Of a DNA stretch of 64,000 nt, positions 62,662 through 64,000 are shown piece by piece; within the stretch, counting starts at the first letter, position 1, and every line of letters begins with the position of its first letter. Under the pieces are notes generated by a model, which worked only from the letters and a program-made list of their open reading frames with translations, was not told the DNA's origin and did not search any database. The position numbers and the translations under genes were made by a program. The DNA is from Macrostomum lignano (Eukaryota): the NCBI GenBank assembly GCA_002269645.1, contig NIVC01000350.1, positions 248,001 to 312,000 of the forward strand. Reading direction: 5' to 3'.

Positions 62662-63801
62662 ATGGTTCTGCTAATCCGAGGCAAGCCCGTGTCCTCCGAA
62701 ATCCTGTCCAACCCTGAGCAGGTGTACATGCTAATCAGTTCAAACATGGCCTTAGTCACCGCTGCCAACCAGCTCAAGAGCATGGCCGTGAAGAGGTTCA
62801 CGGGCCAGCAGGACGGCTTGTTGTACCTTCACCAGCGCGAGATGGCTGTCGTGAGCTCCTGTGATCCCTGCGTCAGAACTCTGGGCAGCGATGGAGCCAC
62901 CAGCTGCCTTGTCCTCGTGCTCAGGCGCATCTCAAATGGCGACACCTGCATGCTGAAATATGACGGCTGCGGAGCTGGCGCCTTCATCAAGGTAAGCCGC
63001 ATCTGCTATTTGCTGTCTGCATCAAGACTCACTAGACTATAATTTCTCTTCATTACTTCCTTGACCTCACTAAGACTCTCTTGACGTTCTCCCATACCTC
63101 CCCTGACACTCCCCTACCTCCCTGACACTCCCCCACCTCCCCTGACAATCCCCTACCTCCTCTGACACTCCCCTACCTCCCCTGACACTCCCCCACCTCC
63201 CCTGACTCTCCCCTACCTCCCCTACCTCCCCTGACACTCTCCTACCTCCCCTGACACTCCCCCACCTCCCCTGACTCTCCCCTACCTCCCCTGACACTCC
63301 CCACCTCCCCTGACACTCCCCACCTCCCCTGACACTCCCCCACCTCCTCTGACACTCCCCTACCTCCCCTGACACTCCCCCACCTCCCCTGACACTCCCC
63401 CACCTCCCCTGACACTCCCCCACCTCCCCTGACACTCCCCTACCTCCCCTGACACTCCCCCACCTCCCCTGACACTCCCCCACCTCTCCTGACACTCCCG
63501 TACCTCCCTGACACTGCGGCGCTCTATCCGCGACTCAACCTCCGCCCACCCGCAGACCTGCATCGAACGCATGCTTCGCCAGTCGCCGCTACAGCCGCTG
63601 AGCCGTCAAAGCCGCCTCGGACTCCAGCTGGACGCCCACCTGGTCGGCGGCTTTCAGGACCCGGCGCTGGAAACGATGCGCCTCACCGGCGACCTCTTGC
63701 TGGCGATGCAGTCCTCGCCGTTTGAGTTTCATCTGCGCACTGCCTGCGTGGCTCACGTCAACAGCCGCGTCATTGACGACACGGCCTACCCCATCATCCA
63801 G
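62662..63801 (+). CDS. NTAN1: Protein N-terminal asparagine amidohydrolase-like, 5' part; exons 62662-62991 and 63556-63801, continues beyond the window
   Basis: MVLLIRG, GLLYLHQREMAV, LGSDGATSCLVLVLR, LDAHLVGGFQD and LRTACVAHVN..YPII align with remembered NTAN1 segments (GLLYVQQRELAV, LGSDDATTCHIVVLR, LEVHLVGGFSD, LVTLCVTELN..FPVI). The second donor is less certain. Confidence 0.85.
63090..63510. repeat. 20-bp C-rich minisatellite (CCTCCCCTGACACTCCCCCA) in NTAN1 intron 1
   Basis: Visible tandem array. Confidence 0.95.
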
Positions 63802-63844
63802 GTGGGGATCAAAGGGATCAATTTGGCGTAGTTGTTTCCGTTTT

Positions 63845-64000
63845 TTAACCTCCGTCACGGTCATTTCCGGTTCTTCATTGACCTCCGTCACAGCCAAATC
63901 TGGTTCTTCATTGACTTCCGTCACGGACATTTTCGGTTCTTTATTGACCTCCGTCACAGCCATTTCCGGTTCTTCATTGACCTCCGTCACAGCCGTTTCC
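63845..64000. repeat. 33-bp minisatellite (GACCTCCGTCACAGCCATTTCCGGTTCTTCATT), runs off the window end
   Basis: Visible array; 11-aa periodicity in the ORF track. Confidence 0.9.

Overview
Eukaryotic (invertebrate animal) genomic DNA with AT-rich intergenic and intronic sequence, GC-rich exons and roughly a third of the window in tandem repeats (estimate). The style resembles a Macrostomum-type flatworm, but this is unverified. I could reconstruct six protein-coding genes by hand from splice sites and remembered family motifs: a 3-exon GH37 trehalase (+), a 9-exon TMEM145/GPR180-family GOLD-7TM protein (-), 60S ribosomal protein L29 (+), a 9-exon LCCH3/GABA-A-beta-like chloride channel subunit (+), a single-exon 1489-aa EGFR-family receptor kinase (-) and the first two exons of an NTAN1-like protein (+). 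Mobile DNA includes two copies of a hAT-type MITE with 8-bp TSDs that carries a 64-nt fragment of conserved 28S rRNA around the R2/homing-endonuclease target site, two copies of a tRNA-derived SINE, two copies of a Helitron/HINE-like repeat, a mariner remnant, and a 7.5-kb TIR-bounded element sitting inside a (GTCT)n tract whose 238-bp internal satellite appears to be an amplified copy of its own end. The best candidates for something new are the rRNA-carrying MITE, the microsatellite-embedded element with its end-derived satellite, the intronless EGFR, and the NTAN1 homolog with Lys at the catalytic His position. No CRISPR arrays or intact RNA genes were found. All homology calls are from memory, not database searches.
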